A stretch of 57,100 nt of DNA. Origin: Chloroflexota bacterium. Lineage in GTDB: Bacteria > Chloroflexota > Limnocylindria > Limnocylindrales > CSP1-4. Location: NCBI GenBank assembly GCA_003158295.1, contig PMIP01000059.1:31617-88716 (forward strand), in the 5' to 3' direction. The notes below the pieces were generated by a model. The model was not told the DNA's origin, did not search any database, and worked only from the letters and a program-made list of their open reading frames with translations. The position numbers and the translations under genes were made by a program. Each line of letters begins with the position of its first letter. Positions within the stretch are counted from its first letter, which is position 1. This document shows, piece by piece, positions 31,922-42,239 of this stretch.

Positions 31922-33436
31922 GTGGCTGAATTGAAGGCGCTGGGCGAGTTCGAAGTCTGGTTTCTGACCGGGAGCCAGGACCTCTACGGTGACGAGACTC
32001 TTCGTCAGGTGGCCGCGCACTCGGAGCGCATCGCGGCGGGCCTGAACGAATCCGCGGCGATCCCTGTCAATGTCGTATACAAACCGGTGGTGAAGTCCCC
32101 GGAGAGCATCGCCGCCGCATGCCTGGAAGCAACGGCGTCTCCCACGTGCGTGGGCGTAATCGCCTGGATGCACACGTTCTCCCCGGCTCGGATGTGGATC
32201 GCGGGCCTGCAGGCTCTGCAGAAGCCGCTTCTGCACCTCCACACCCAGTTCAATCGCGATCTCCCGTGGGGCGAGATCGACATGGACTTCATGAACTTGA
32301 ACCAGGCCGCTCACGGCGATCGCGAGTTCGGGCACATCGAGACCAGGCTGGGGCTCGCCCGCAAGACGGTCGCCGGCCACTGGCAGGACCCCGCGGTTGC
32401 CGATCGGATCGGGTGGTGGGCGCGGGCGGCTTGCGCCTGGCACGAGGCCCATCACCTCAAGGTAGCCAGGTTCGGCGACAACATGCGCAATGTGGCCGTG
32501 ACAGAAGGCGACAAGGTGGAGGCCCAGATCCGCCTCGGCGTCGCCGTAAACGGGTATGGCGTCAGCGATCTCGGCGACGCCGCCCGCGCGGTGTCGGAAG
32601 CCGCGGTCGACGATCTGATCGAAGCCTATGAGTCGAGCTACGATCTCGCGGCGAGCCTGCGTGCGAATGGCGCCGACAGGGAAGCGCTGCGCGAGGCCGC
32701 TCGAATCGAAGCCGCCCTTCGAGCCTTCCTGACCGAGGGTGGCTTTGGCGCCTTCACGGACACCTTCGAGAACCTCGATGGGCTTCGCCAGCTACCCGGA
32801 ATTGCATGTCAGCGGCTTATGGCCGACGGTTTCGGATTCGGCGCGGAGGGCGACTGGAAGACCGCCGTCATGGTCCACCTCCTCAAGGTCATGGCCAGGG
32901 GACTCCCGGGCGGGACCTCGTTCATGGAGGACTACACCTATCACCTCGGCCCGGAGGGAGAGAAGGTCCTGGGCGCGCACATGCTCGAGGTCTGCCCGAC
33001 GATCTCCGACGGGAGAGTGTCGTGTGAGATCCATCCCCTGTCCATCGGCGGACGCAGCGACCCGGTGCGTCTCGTCTTCACCGCCGGTTCCGGACCGGCC
33101 GTCGTCATTGCCCTCATGGACATGGGAAACCGGTTCCGGCTCCTGGCCAACGAGATCGACGTGGTTCCGCCGGACAAGCCGATGCCGCGTTTGCCGGTCG
33201 GTCGAGCCGTCTGGAAGCCGCGCCCGAATCTGGCAACCGCAACCGAAGCGTGGCTGATGGCGGGAGGTTCCCACCACACCGTTCTGAGCCGCGCCATCGG
33301 ACCGGAGCCACTGGCAGACTTCGCCGAGATGGGCGGCCTGGAGTTCCTCCTCATCGACGCCGAGACGACCATTCCGGGCTTCAAGAAGGAACTCCGCTGG
33401 AACCAGGTCTACTACCATCTCGCTGACGGGTTGTAG
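31922..33436 (+). CDS. araA: L-arabinose isomerase
   Basis: [14 protein letters not shown]-terminus, [22 protein letters not shown] and FMEDYTYH motifs. About 500 aa. An alternative TTG start is at 31931. Confidence 0.9.
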   Translation: MAELKALGEFEVWFLTGSQDLYGDETLRQVAAHSERIAAGLNESAAIPVNVVYKPVVKSPESIAAACLEATASPTCVGVIAWMHTFSPARMWIAGLQALQKPLLHLHTQFNRDLPWGEIDMDFMNLNQAAHGDREFGHIETRLGLARKTVAGHWQDPAVADRIGWWARAACAWHEAHHLKVARFGDNMRNVAVTEGDKVEAQIRLGVAVNGYGVSDLGDAARAVSEAAVDDLIEAYESSYDLAASLRANGADREALREAARIEAALRAFLTEGGFGAFTDTFENLDGLRQLPGIACQRLMADGFGFGAEGDWKTAVMVHLLKVMARGLPGGTSFMEDYTYHLGPEGEKVLGAHMLEVCPTISDGRVSCEIHPLSIGGRSDPVRLVFTAGSGPAVVIALMDMGNRFRLLANEIDVVPPDKPMPRLPVGRAVWKPRPNLATATEAWLMAGGSHHTVLSRAIGPEPLADFAEMGGLEFLLIDAETTIPGFKKELRWNQVYYHLADGL

Positions 33437-33469
33437 GCGGCTCCCGGCCGGCAAGACGGAGGAACATCG

Positions 33470-34213
33470 ATGCCAGTGCTGATGCTGCCCGAGCTTCGGG
33501 AGCAGGTCTGGCGGGCCAACCAGGCGCTGGTGCGATCCGGCCTGGTGACCCTCTCCTTCGGCAACGCCAGCGGCGTCGACCGCGCGGCGGGCGTGCTGCT
33601 CATCAAGCCCAGCGGTGTGCCATACGATCAGCTCCGTCCCGAACAGCTCGTGGCGGTGTCGCTGGTGGACGGGCTGGTTGTGGAGGGGGAGCTGCGGCCT
33701 TCGTCCGACACTCCGACTCACCTGCTCCTGTACCAGCGCTACCCGGAGATCGGCGGAGTCGTACACACCCACTCCACGGCGGCCACCGCCTGGGCGCAGT
33801 CCGGCAGGTCGATTCCGCCGCTCGGGACGACGCACGCCGATCACTTCCACGGCGCCGTCCCGGTCACGCGGCAGCTGATCGAGAGCGAGGTCTCGGGCGA
33901 GTACGAGCGAGAGACCGGTGCGGTGATCATCGAAACCCTCGAGCGCCTCGGGCTCAGCGCAGCCGAGATGCCTGCGGCCCTGGTTGCTTCCCACGGACCG
34001 TTCACCTGGGGCCGCGACGCCCAGGACGCTGCCGACAATGCCACGGCGCTGGAGGTCGTGGCCGCGATGGCCAGCCAGACGTTCGCCCTCAACCCGGAGG
34101 TGCAGCCGATCGCCGGCTACCTGGCCGAGCGCCACTTCCGGCGAAAGCACGGGCCCGGCGCCTATTACGGGCAGGCGCCGAGACCGGGGTCGGGCGCGGG
34201 GGGCCGGAGCTGA
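33470..34213 (+). CDS. araD: L-ribulose-5-phosphate 4-epimerase
   Basis: Class II aldolase/adducin fold: GNASGVDR, IKPSGV, PSSDTPTHLLLY, VVHTHS, HADHF. GGAGGA SD. Confidence 0.9.
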   Translation: MPVLMLPELREQVWRANQALVRSGLVTLSFGNASGVDRAAGVLLIKPSGVPYDQLRPEQLVAVSLVDGLVVEGELRPSSDTPTHLLLYQRYPEIGGVVHTHSTAATAWAQSGRSIPPLGTTHADHFHGAVPVTRQLIESEVSGEYERETGAVIIETLERLGLSAAEMPAALVASHGPFTWGRDAQDAADNATALEVVAAMASQTFALNPEVQPIAGYLAERHFRRKHGPGAYYGQAPRPGSGAGGRS

Positions 34214-34214
34214 G

Positions 34215-35258
34215 ATGACGACGCCGGCGGCCGTGGCCGCGGCGCGGATTCACGGTCGTCACGACGTCCGCGTCGGCCGCGAGCCGGTGGCCACTCCCGG
34301 GCCCGGCGAAGTCCTGCTGCGGGTGACCGGTGTGGGCCTCTGCGGCTCGGATCTGCACTGGTTCGAGGAGGCCAGCATCGGCGACGCGTTGCTTTCGCGG
34401 CCCCTCATCCTGGGTCACGAGTTCGGGGCCACGATTGCCGATGGACCTCGGGCCGGCCAGCGCGTGGCGGTCGACCCGGCGAACAACTGCGGCCGCTGCG
34501 AGCCGTGCGTCGAAGGCCGGGCGAACCTGTGCCTGGCCATGCGTTTCGCCGGGCACGGCACCACGGATGGGGCGTTGCGCACACTGATGACCTGGCCGGA
34601 GCGCCTGCTGTCGGAGCTGCCCGACGCGATAGGCGACGACGAGGCTCCGCTGCTGGAGCCGCTGGGAGTCGCGCTTCACGCCCTGGATCTCGGTCCGGTG
34701 CCACCCGGCGGGCGGGCCGGAGTCTACGGCGCCGGACCCATCGGCCTGCTGCTGGTCCAGCTCCTCCGCGCGCAGGGCGTCTCTACGATCGTGGCGACGG
34801 ACAGGCTCTCCCACCGTGTGGCCGCCGCGAAGTCGATGGGCGCCACGGACGCGTTTCTCGTGGACGCCGAGGCAGGATCGTCGTTCTCGCCGCAACGCCT
34901 GATGGCACGCCAGGTACCAGTCGACGTCGCTTTCGAAGTCTCGGGCTCTGACGCGGCCCTGTCGGACGCCATATGGGCCGTTCGCCCCGGTGGCCGGGTT
35001 GTGCTCGTGGGCATCCCGGCCGGCGATCGGACCAGCTTCGAGGCAGCCGTAGCGCGACGCAAGGAGCTGCCGCTCCTGGAGTGCCGGCGCATGACGGCCT
35101 CCGATCTACCGCGCGCCATCGCGCTGGTGGCGGCCGGGTCCATCGATCTGGCCTCGCTGATCACCGACCGTTTCCCCCTCGTTCGGGCGCCGGAGGCGTT
35201 CGCTGCGCTGGCGGACCGGCGCGGGTTGAAGGTGATCGTCCAACCCGACGCGGAGTGA
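34215..35258 (+). CDS. Zinc-dependent medium-chain dehydrogenase (sorbitol / polyol dehydrogenase-like)
   Basis: [20 protein letters not shown], the structural-zinc [15 protein letters not shown] and the Rossmann motif [10 protein letters not shown]. The ATG lies 1 nt after the araD stop. Confidence 0.85.
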   Translation: MTTPAAVAAARIHGRHDVRVGREPVATPGPGEVLLRVTGVGLCGSDLHWFEEASIGDALLSRPLILGHEFGATIADGPRAGQRVAVDPANNCGRCEPCVEGRANLCLAMRFAGHGTTDGALRTLMTWPERLLSELPDAIGDDEAPLLEPLGVALHALDLGPVPPGGRAGVYGAGPIGLLLVQLLRAQGVSTIVATDRLSHRVAAAKSMGATDAFLVDAEAGSSFSPQRLMARQVPVDVAFEVSGSDAALSDAIWAVRPGGRVVLVGIPAGDRTSFEAAVARRKELPLLECRRMTASDLPRAIALVAAGSIDLASLITDRFPLVRAPEAFAALADRRGLKVIVQPDAE

Positions 35259-35392
35259 CAGATAGGACAGGGAGAAGGAGTGACGGCCGGGCCTGCTACA
35301 CCGTCGGTGGGGACTTCGGAACGGCCAGAAGTCAGGATCGCCACGGGAGCGCCAGCGACAGGCACGGCCGGCACGTGCCGAGGAGGATTCCG

Positions 35393-36997
35393 ATGAACCA
35401 GCAACAGGGCAGGGCGGCGGAGCTGATCCGGTCGGGTGGCGCCTTCTTCGGGATCGAGTTCGGCTCGACGCGCATCAAGGCGTCCCTCATCGGTCCCGAT
35501 ACGACACCGCTGGCGTCGGGCTCGCATGCGTGGGAGAACCAGCTCAAGGAAGGCGTCTGGACCTACGACACGGAGGACGTCTGGAAGGGCCTGGCCGACT
35601 GCTACGCCTCGCTTGTCCAGGACGTGCGAGCCCACTACTCGCTGGAGCTGACCGCGGTCGCGGCCATGGGCTTCAGCGGGATGATGCACGGGTACGTGGC
35701 GCTGGATGCCGAGGGGAAGCTGCTGGTGCCATTTCGTACGTGGCGGAACAACATCACTGGCCAGGCCTGCGCCGAGCTGACCCCGCTCCTCGACTTCGCG
35801 GTCCCACAGCGCTGGAGCATCGCCCACCTGTACCAGTCGATCCTGGAAGGGCAGCCGCACGTGCCGAGGATCGCCCACTTGACCACGCTGGCCGGGTACG
35901 TCCATTGGAAGCTCACCGGCGAGCACACGATGGGCGTGGGTGAGGCCTCGGGCATATTCCCCATCGACCCACTCAGCGGTGACTGGGACGCCGCGCGAAT
36001 GGCCAGATTCGACGCTCTCATCGCGCCGCGCAAGCTGGGCTGGAGGCTCCGGGAGATCCTCCCTGCCGTCCTGCCCGCGGGCCGCCCGGCCGGGAAGCTC
36101 ACCGCCGAGGGCGCGAAGCTGCTCGACCCTTCGGGCAGGCTTCCGGCCGGCATCCCGCTGTGTCCTCCCGAGGGCGACGCGGACACGGGCATGGTCGCCA
36201 CCAACGCGGTCCGCCCGCGCTCTGGGAACGTTTCCGCGGGCACCTCGGTCTTCGCGATGATCGTGCTGGAGAAGAGCCTCGCTCGCGTCCACGAGCAGAT
36301 CGACATCGTGCTCACGCCCGACGGCAAGCCCGTGGCCATGGCCCACTCCAACAACGGTTCCTCCGACCTCGACGACTGGATCGCGCTCTTCGGCCAGGTA
36401 GCCAGGGCGCTCGGCAACGAGGCCACGCTCGACGACCTGTACGGCAAGCTCCTGCCGCTGGCTATCGAGGGCGATCCGGATGCGGGCGGCCTCCTGTCGA
36501 TCAACTACCTGTCGGGCGAACACATGACCGGCTTCACCGAGGGCCGGCCTCTGTTCGCCCGGAACGAGAACAGCAGGTTCACCCTGGAGAACTTCATGCG
36601 GGCGATGTACTTCGCCTCACTCTGCTCCATCCGAACCGGCATGGACATTCTCACCGTGGAGGAGGGGGTGGTCATCGAGGAGATCCGGGGCCACGGCGGC
36701 TTCTTCAAGGTCGGCGACACCGGCCAGCGCATGATGGCCGCCGCCCTCAACGTTCCCGTCAGCATCCCCGCCACCGCCGGCGAGGGTGGGGCCTGGGGCA
36801 TGGCCGTGCTGGCCGCGTACATGCTCCGCGCCGACGCCAAGCAGTCGCTGCCCGACTACCTGGACGAGCGCATCGCCAGGAGCATCGGCAAGCCGGTCAA
36901 GCCCGACCCCCGCGACGTCAGGGGCTTCGCCGAGTTCTTCGCGCGCCACAAGAAAGGGCTCGCCGTTGAGCGCGAGGCGGTGAAGGCGCTGAGCTGA
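35393..36997 (+). CDS. FGGY-family sugar kinase (probable ribulokinase of the locus)
   Basis: AGGAGG SD. N-terminal [11 protein letters not shown] actin-fold phosphate-1 motif. Size and position fit the kinase step. The longer track ORF from 34973 is rejected. Confidence 0.75.
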   Translation: MNQQQGRAAELIRSGGAFFGIEFGSTRIKASLIGPDTTPLASGSHAWENQLKEGVWTYDTEDVWKGLADCYASLVQDVRAHYSLELTAVAAMGFSGMMHGYVALDAEGKLLVPFRTWRNNITGQACAELTPLLDFAVPQRWSIAHLYQSILEGQPHVPRIAHLTTLAGYVHWKLTGEHTMGVGEASGIFPIDPLSGDWDAARMARFDALIAPRKLGWRLREILPAVLPAGRPAGKLTAEGAKLLDPSGRLPAGIPLCPPEGDADTGMVATNAVRPRSGNVSAGTSVFAMIVLEKSLARVHEQIDIVLTPDGKPVAMAHSNNGSSDLDDWIALFGQVARALGNEATLDDLYGKLLPLAIEGDPDAGGLLSINYLSGEHMTGFTEGRPLFARNENSRFTLENFMRAMYFASLCSIRTGMDILTVEEGVVIEEIRGHGGFFKVGDTGQRMMAAALNVPVSIPATAGEGGAWGMAVLAAYMLRADAKQSLPDYLDERIARSIGKPVKPDPRDVRGFAEFFARHKKGLAVEREAVKALS

Positions 36998-37307
36998 GGC
37001 TCGCGGCGACGCGAACAGGCGAAGAGTAACTGGGGAGTGGGCGGGGACGGTACCGTGTGGGACGGAACCGGCCTGCAACGGCCTGGCTCTCGCCCGCGCG
37101 GTCCGACCGACCCGGCGTGACTCGCAGGCGCCTTCGGCAGGCCTCCGGTCACGAGCCGAGGCGGCCGCTCGGCGCCGGCCGACGGTCCATGCGGCAGGGT
37201 AGCGAGCGGGCCGGGCGCTGTACCATTTACGAGCATCAGCCCGTAACATTCCCGGCTTCGGTGCGCCCCGAGTGCGCCTGGCCGGCCATCTTCAGGAGAA
37301 CGAACGC

Positions 37308-38705
37308 ATGCCAAAGGTTGCCGGCTCCGTCAAAGAGCTCCTCGCCGCCCTCGACGGCATCGCGCGGATCGAGGGAGAGCGACTCGTCGTCACCGACGAG
37401 GCAGGCCTCCGGACGCGCGGCATCTACGACCTGGCCTGGAGCGCCACCTTCAGCGAGGACGAGGCCACCGTCGAAGCCGCTCGCTGGATCATCTGGGAAG
37501 CCAGCCAGGCTGTCGGCGCTCGCTCGGCGAGCATCCAGGACCTTTACAAGGCCCGCTCGCGCGACGAGTACCAGGGGATGACCGTTCCGGCCATCAACCT
37601 GCGGGCCCAGACCTTCGACATGGCTCGAGTCATCCTCGAGACGGCCAAGAAGAACGACTCCGCCGCGGTCATCTTCGAGCTGGCTCGGTCGGAGCAGACC
37701 TACACGTTCCAGCGCGTTTTCGAGTACGCGACCAGCGTCCTGGCGGGCGCCATCGCAGCCGGCTGGAAGGGCCCCGTCTTCATCCAGGGCGACCACTACC
37801 AGTTCAACGCCAAGAAATACGCGGCCGATCCCGAGAAGATGACCGAGGAGATCCGCAAGGGCTGCCGCGACGCAATCGCCGCCGGCTACCGGAACATCGA
37901 CATCGACAGCTCAACGCTGGTCGACCTGTCGCATCCGACGCTGGAAACCCAGCAGCATGAGAACTACATGCGGGCGGCCGAACTGACCGCTCTCATCCGC
38001 TCGCTCGAGACCGACGGCGTGACCGTCAGCGTGGGCGGCGAGATCGGCGAGGTGGGCAAGAAGAACTCCACCACGGACGAGCTCAAGGCCTACCTGGACG
38101 GCTATCGTCGCCAGCTCGACTCACGGGCGAAGGGAGCGATCGGCCTCTCGAAGGTCTCCGTCCAGACCGGCACCAGCCACGGCGGCACTCCGTTGGCGGA
38201 CGGCGGCGTCGCCGAGGTCGCCCTCGATTTCAACGTTCTGACGGAACTGTCGAAGGTGGCCCGCGAGTACGGCCTCTCCGGCGCGGTACAGCACGGCGCC
38301 AGCACACTGCCGGACGACATGTTTCACAAGTTCCCGGCCACCGGCTGCGCCGAGATCCACCTGGCCACGGGCTTCCAGAACGCCCTGTACGAGCATCCGG
38401 CCTTCCCGGCCGAGCTCCACAAGGCGATCGAGGAGTGGGTCTTCGCCAACTGCCAGGACGAGCGCAAGCCGGATCAGACCGACTCGCAGTTCGTCTACAC
38501 CGGACGCAAGAAGGCGATCGGCCCGTTCAAGCGCCAGCTCTGGGACCTGCCCACGAAAGACGTGATCCTGGCGGCCCAGGCCGAGAAGGTGGACTTCCTC
38601 TTCAAGCAGCTCGGCACCCCCGGGAGCCGAGCGCTCGTCGAGAAGTACGTCAAGCCGGTCGAGTTCCACAAGTCGATGCCGGAGGCCCTCAAGGCCGCTC
38701 GGTAA
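37308..38705 (+). CDS. Class II (metal-dependent) ketose-bisphosphate aldolase, long form (465 aa)
   Basis: IFELARSE, FIQGDHYQ, NIDIDSS, VSVGGEIGEVG, VQTGTSHGG and AVQHGAST are class II FBA-family motifs. Confidence 0.8.
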   Translation: MPKVAGSVKELLAALDGIARIEGERLVVTDEAGLRTRGIYDLAWSATFSEDEATVEAARWIIWEASQAVGARSASIQDLYKARSRDEYQGMTVPAINLRAQTFDMARVILETAKKNDSAAVIFELARSEQTYTFQRVFEYATSVLAGAIAAGWKGPVFIQGDHYQFNAKKYAADPEKMTEEIRKGCRDAIAAGYRNIDIDSSTLVDLSHPTLETQQHENYMRAAELTALIRSLETDGVTVSVGGEIGEVGKKNSTTDELKAYLDGYRRQLDSRAKGAIGLSKVSVQTGTSHGGTPLADGGVAEVALDFNVLTELSKVAREYGLSGAVQHGASTLPDDMFHKFPATGCAEIHLATGFQNALYEHPAFPAELHKAIEEWVFANCQDERKPDQTDSQFVYTGRKKAIGPFKRQLWDLPTKDVILAAQAEKVDFLFKQLGTPGSRALVEKYVKPVEFHKSMPEALKAAR

Positions 38706-38728
38706 CGATCCGTTCTACCAGCCAGATT

Positions 38729-38760
38729 GAAGGGCGTCCGCAAGGGCGCCCTTCTGCTTC
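38729..38760 (+). terminator. Hairpin after the aldolase gene
   Basis: gaagggcg-tccgcaagg-cgcccttc (8-bp stem) followed by tgcttc. The T tract is weak. Confidence 0.4.
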
Positions 38761-38970
38761 GCGGGCAGATCCATCGCCGCCACGGCGCAAGGGCCAGCCC
38801 GACCAGCGGCCTGCCGGCCCCAGGCTCACTCTTCACGCGGTGACACGCACTTTCGAAAACAGCGTCCACAACCAAACCGAATGGACGACCGAAGACGGCG
38901 GGCGGTCGAATGCCGCCTTGGTACCTTAGCCGTCGACCGACCGCCAGACATGCAGCCAGGGGACAACCCG

Positions 38971-39807
38971 ATGGACCGCTGGAAGTTCTACGACATCACG
39001 CATCGCGATCACCTGATTTGTAACCCCACGAGCGTCGCCAAGCTGGACGAGCTCATCGGCTTGCTCGATCTCGGGCCCGAACCTCGCGCCCTCGACATAG
39101 CCTCGGGCAAGGGTGAGTTCATCGTTCGGGTCGCGGAGCGCTTCGGCGGGCCCTCGGGTGCGGGCTTCCGAGGCGTCGCGGCCGATATCTCGCCCTACTG
39201 CACGGCCGACCTTCGAGCCAGGGCGGCGAGCAGGGTTCCGTCGGCTGCGCTCGAGGTCCTCGAGATGGACGGCGCCGAATACCATCCGGCCGCGGGATCA
39301 TTCGACCTGGCGTCCTGCATGGGCGGCAGCTGGGTGTTCGGCGGACATCGTGAGACGCTTCACTTCCTGGCCCGGGCCGTGAAGCCGGGCGGTGCCGTCG
39401 TGGCCGGGCAGCCGTTCTGGAGGAAGGAGCCTGGGGCCGAGTTTCTCGCCTGGTCGGGCTTGAAGAGCGACCAGTTCGGCAGCCACCTCGAGAACGTCGA
39501 GGCCGGCGAGGCAGAGGAGCTCGTCCCGTTGCTGGCCCTTGTGAGCTCGGGCGATGAGTGGGACCGCTACGAGACTCTCCAATGGCGCGCGGCCGCCCGA
39601 TACGCCGACGCGCACCCCGACGATCCCGATGTAGCCGAGCTGATCTCCCGCGTCGAGCACAGCCGTCGCGAGTACCTCAACTGGGGTCGGGACACGCTCG
39701 GTTGGGCCCTCTACGTCTTCGGAGCACGTTCGAGGAAGTCCGGCGACAGGACGGCCACGGCGGCTGACCCAGATACCTCGGCAGGGGCCGATTTGGCACT
39801 CACCTGA
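38971..39807 (+). CDS. Class I SAM-dependent methyltransferase
   Basis: Motif I LDIASGKGEF and post-I/II spacing. The start is uncertain (ATG 38971 or 38950). Confidence 0.7.
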   Translation: MDRWKFYDITHRDHLICNPTSVAKLDELIGLLDLGPEPRALDIASGKGEFIVRVAERFGGPSGAGFRGVAADISPYCTADLRARAASRVPSAALEVLEMDGAEYHPAAGSFDLASCMGGSWVFGGHRETLHFLARAVKPGGAVVAGQPFWRKEPGAEFLAWSGLKSDQFGSHLENVEAGEAEELVPLLALVSSGDEWDRYETLQWRAAARYADAHPDDPDVAELISRVEHSRREYLNWGRDTLGWALYVFGARSRKSGDRTATAADPDTSAGADLALT

Positions 39808-39903
39808 TGCGGCAGCAACGCGGTGTCCAAGCTGTCTTGAGCGAACGAGCGGAACCGACCTAGGGCTCGCTCGAGTGGGAGTTCGATTCGGAGCGCGTTT
39901 GGA

Positions 39904-40464
39904 TCACGGTGCGGTGGGGCTGGGCAAGACCGATTCAAGCTGCTGCAGGTTCGCACTCGTGCACGCGAGGGCCACGATTCGGGAGCCCATGGCGCTCTCG
40001 CCGCTCCCTACCACCGACGGAGACACTTCCGGGTCCTGGACGCACACCACGGTGTAGGTGACTGAGGAGTCCCCCGCGTCGACGAAGATGAAGACCGGTT
40101 GATCTGCCTCGGTTGGCATGGACTCAGTCGCCGCGGACGCCCCAGGCGGCGGCGCGCTCTCGGTCGAAAACGTGGTTATCTCGACCCCCACGGGCTCAGT
40201 CATCGCGGACGTCTCGGGCAGCGGCGCGCTTTCGCTCGAAGGCGTGGTTATCTCGGCCACCAGGGATGTAGTTGCCGCGGACGCCCCGGGCTGCGCGCCC
40301 TCGCCCCAGGGTTTGGCGATCGCGGTCGCGACGAAGATGACGGCGACCACTAACAGGAGCGCCAGCAGGTGCGACTCACCTCGCCGGCGGACCGGCGTGA
40401 GGGTCGGGCCGCTTCCGAACTCCCCTGATGTGTCGGGGCGGGCTGCCACGTGCTCATCATTCAT
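39904..40464 (-). CDS. Membrane-anchored protein with 24-aa tandem repeats
   Basis: One TM (LLALLLVVAVIFVATAIA). Repeats EITTPSSESAPLPETSAMTEPVGV / EITTFSTESAPPPGASAATESMPT. Start chosen at the ATG at 40464, preceded by TATCCT-N8. Confidence 0.55.
   Translation of the reverse strand: MNDEHVAARPDTSGEFGSGPTLTPVRRRGESHLLALLLVVAVIFVATAIAKPWGEGAQPGASAATTSLVAEITTPSSESAPLPETSAMTEPVGVEITTFSTESAPPPGASAATESMPTEADQPVFIFVDAGDSSVTYTVVCVQDPEVSPSVVGSGESAMGSRIVALACTSANLQQLESVLPSPTAP
40123..40310. repeat. About 2.6 tandem copies of a 72-bp coding repeat
   Basis: Units start at 40123, 40195 and 40267 (ctcagtcgccgcggacg / ctcagtcatcgcggacg / tgtagttgccgcggacg). Confidence 0.8.
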
Positions 40465-40472
40465 CGAGGCCC

Positions 40473-40478
40473 AGGATA
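40473..40478 (-). promoter_or_regulatory. -10-like TATCCT 8 nt upstream of the ATG at 40464
   Basis: Minus strand reads cTATCCTgggcctcgATG. Confidence 0.35.
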
Positions 40479-40669
40479 GAGTGTGCGGGCTTCGCGTCAA
40501 GTCGCCAAGCGGCACGGCTCGGCCTCACAGCCGCGCCCTGCCGCGCGATAGTCGGCCGTGCCTTGACAGCCAATTCGCCGGGCCGGGTTGGCCTGGTTCG
40601 GCGGCGGAACGCCTCGGCGCCGGAAGAGCCGAATCACCCATGCGGTTGGTCAGGCGGCTTCCGTCCCGC

Positions 40670-40675
40670 TAGGAT
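40670..40675 (+). promoter_or_regulatory. -10-like TAGGAT 6 nt upstream of the ATG at 40682 (leaderless candidate)
   Basis: ccgcTAGGATccgctcATG. No SD. Confidence 0.4.
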
Positions 40676-40681
40676 CCGCTC

Positions 40682-41476
40682 ATGACCGAGAGCACTGCCG
40701 CGCCGACCGACCTTCTCCGCTGGCGCGACACGGCGCTGGCTCTCTGCGACGAGGCTGACAGGCTCTCGATGGCCGGCTTCCGGCGCGACATCGCGCTCGA
40801 GACCAAGCCGGACGGATCCTTCGTCACCGAGGTCGATCGATCGATCGAGCACTTGCTGCGCGATCGCATTCGGGCGGCATATCCGGGCTGCGGCCTGATC
40901 GGCGAGGAGGAGGGGAGCGACGACGCAGGCGCGTCGGTCTGCTGGTACCTCGATCCGATCGACGGTACTCACAACTACATGCGGGGAATCCCGATCTTCG
41001 CCACGCTGCTGGCGGTTGCCGTGGACGGCGAGGTGCAGCTCGGCGTCGTGAGCGCACCGGCCCTGCGAGAGCGGTGGGTCGCGTGGCGGGGCGGCGGCGC
41101 GTGGCGTGGTAGCGATCGCATCGCCGTGAGCCGGATCGCGACCATCGCCGACGGCACGCTCCTCTACGGCAGCCGAACGGCGGACATGAGGTCCGGTTTG
41201 ATGCCCGGCCTGGACGCGACCCTCGCCGAAGCGTGGCGAGAGCGTGGCTTCGGGGACTACTGGGGCTATATGCTCGTCGCCGAAGGGGCGGCCGAGGCCA
41301 TGATCGAGACCGGCGCCCATCCGTGGGATTGGGCCGCGCCGCTGGTGATCGTGGAGGAAGCCGGGGGCCGCCTCACGACCGCCTCCGGGGAGCGGCGCAT
41401 CGACGGGGCGTCGGCGGTCGCGACGAACGGTCTGGTCCACGGCGAATTGCTGGGCCGCTTGCAGGAGATGAGGTAG
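40682..41476 (+). CDS. Inositol monophosphatase family protein (possibly HisN-type histidinol-phosphatase)
   Basis: FVTEVDRSIE, LIGEEEG, WYLDPIDGTHNY and HPWDWAAPLVIVEEAGG motifs. Confidence 0.85.
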   Translation: MTESTAAPTDLLRWRDTALALCDEADRLSMAGFRRDIALETKPDGSFVTEVDRSIEHLLRDRIRAAYPGCGLIGEEEGSDDAGASVCWYLDPIDGTHNYMRGIPIFATLLAVAVDGEVQLGVVSAPALRERWVAWRGGGAWRGSDRIAVSRIATIADGTLLYGSRTADMRSGLMPGLDATLAEAWRERGFGDYWGYMLVAEGAAEAMIETGAHPWDWAAPLVIVEEAGGRLTTASGERRIDGASAVATNGLVHGELLGRLQEMR

Positions 41477-41483
41477 CCGGGTC

Positions 41484-41942
41484 ATGACCATGGATCTCTA
41501 CCTCGAGGTCGACATCGACAGCGATCTCGAAACCGTCTTCTCCTGGATCGCCACGCCCGAGAAGGCGAAGGTCTGGATGACCGGCGTGGTGGAAACCGAG
41601 ATCATCGACCGGAAGCCGGGCATGGTCGGAACAACCTTCCGAGAGAGGCTCGAAGAAGGCGGGAGCGGCATCGAGATCCACGGGATCGTGACAGCGTTCG
41701 AGCCAGACCATCGGATCTCCTTCCACCTGGAGAGCAGGATCAACGCGCTGGACGTGGACTATCAAGTCGACGAGGTAGGCGATCTGGTTCGCCTCAGCGT
41801 CGTCTCGGCCATTCAATGGAGATTCCCCGCGAACCTGACGAGCCTCCTCTTCGGTCGGTCGATGAGGGCGAGGATCACGGAAGAGTCGGAGCAGGAGTTC
41901 GCCAGGCTGAAGGAACTCTGCGAAACGGGAAGGACGGAGTGA
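41484..41942 (+). CDS. SRPBCC (START/polyketide-cyclase-like) family protein
   Basis: Size and an N-terminal pattern (VDIDSDLETVFSWIATPEKAKVWM) typical of AHSA1/SRPBCC proteins. Confidence 0.6.
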   Translation: MTMDLYLEVDIDSDLETVFSWIATPEKAKVWMTGVVETEIIDRKPGMVGTTFRERLEEGGSGIEIHGIVTAFEPDHRISFHLESRINALDVDYQVDEVGDLVRLSVVSAIQWRFPANLTSLLFGRSMRARITEESEQEFARLKELCETGRTE

Positions 41943-42075
41943 GGGTCGAGTGCTCCGGCTTGTGGGCAACGGGCCGACCCGGCTAGACTCGGGGTCGTTC
42001 GCGGCGAGAAGACCGCTATTCGTGGCAGAGGTCGGGTGGACCGACCGGCGGCCCACCAGTACGGAGGTTGAAGAG

Positions 42076-42156
42076 ATGGGCGACAAGACTCCCAAGCGAC
42101 CGCCCAAGGTGAAGAAGCCGAAGCCCAAGGCGCAGCCGCCGGCCAAGGGCTCGTAG
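42076..42156 (+). CDS. Candidate micro-protein (26 aa), Lys/Pro-rich: MGDKTPKRPPKVKKPKPKAQPPAKGS
   Basis: GGAGG lies 8 nt upstream of the ATG. An 8-bp hairpin (ccgcccga...tcgggcgg) follows about 30 nt downstream. Confidence 0.3.
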   Translation: MGDKTPKRPPKVKKPKPKAQPPAKGS

Positions 42157-42239
42157 GAGCGCCGGCAGGCAACAAGAAGGCCGCCCGAGGCCAGCGGGTT
42201 CGGGCGGTCCAGCCCATCCATTCGAGTTCGGAGGAAGCG

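Noticed and set aside
33984-34214. N-terminal extensions of track ORFs: dehydrogenase 33984, kinase 34973, response regulator to 18946, rsgA to 21512, ABC ATPase to 23368, trigger factor 55006
   Set aside because: The extensions overlap upstream genes or intergenic DNA and lack homology. Internal starts with an SD or a -10 box fit the conserved family N-termini.
34724-36523. 599-aa minus-strand ORF, plus similar long antisense ORFs (2675-4177, 5950-7128, 10069-11016, 12808-13848, 16838-18685 on the plus strand, 32792-34150, 45507-46640)
   Set aside because: Each lies opposite a gene with clear family motifs. The products are Arg/Gly/Pro-rich without recognisable domains. Stop codons are simply rare in about 70% GC DNA.
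36998-37307. 310-bp GC-rich spacer between the sugar kinase and the aldolase, as a possible ncRNA
   Set aside because: It contains only short 5-bp hairpins and two weak TAnnnT boxes (37221, 37244). There is no terminator and no conserved-looking motif. It is most simply the aldolase promoter region.
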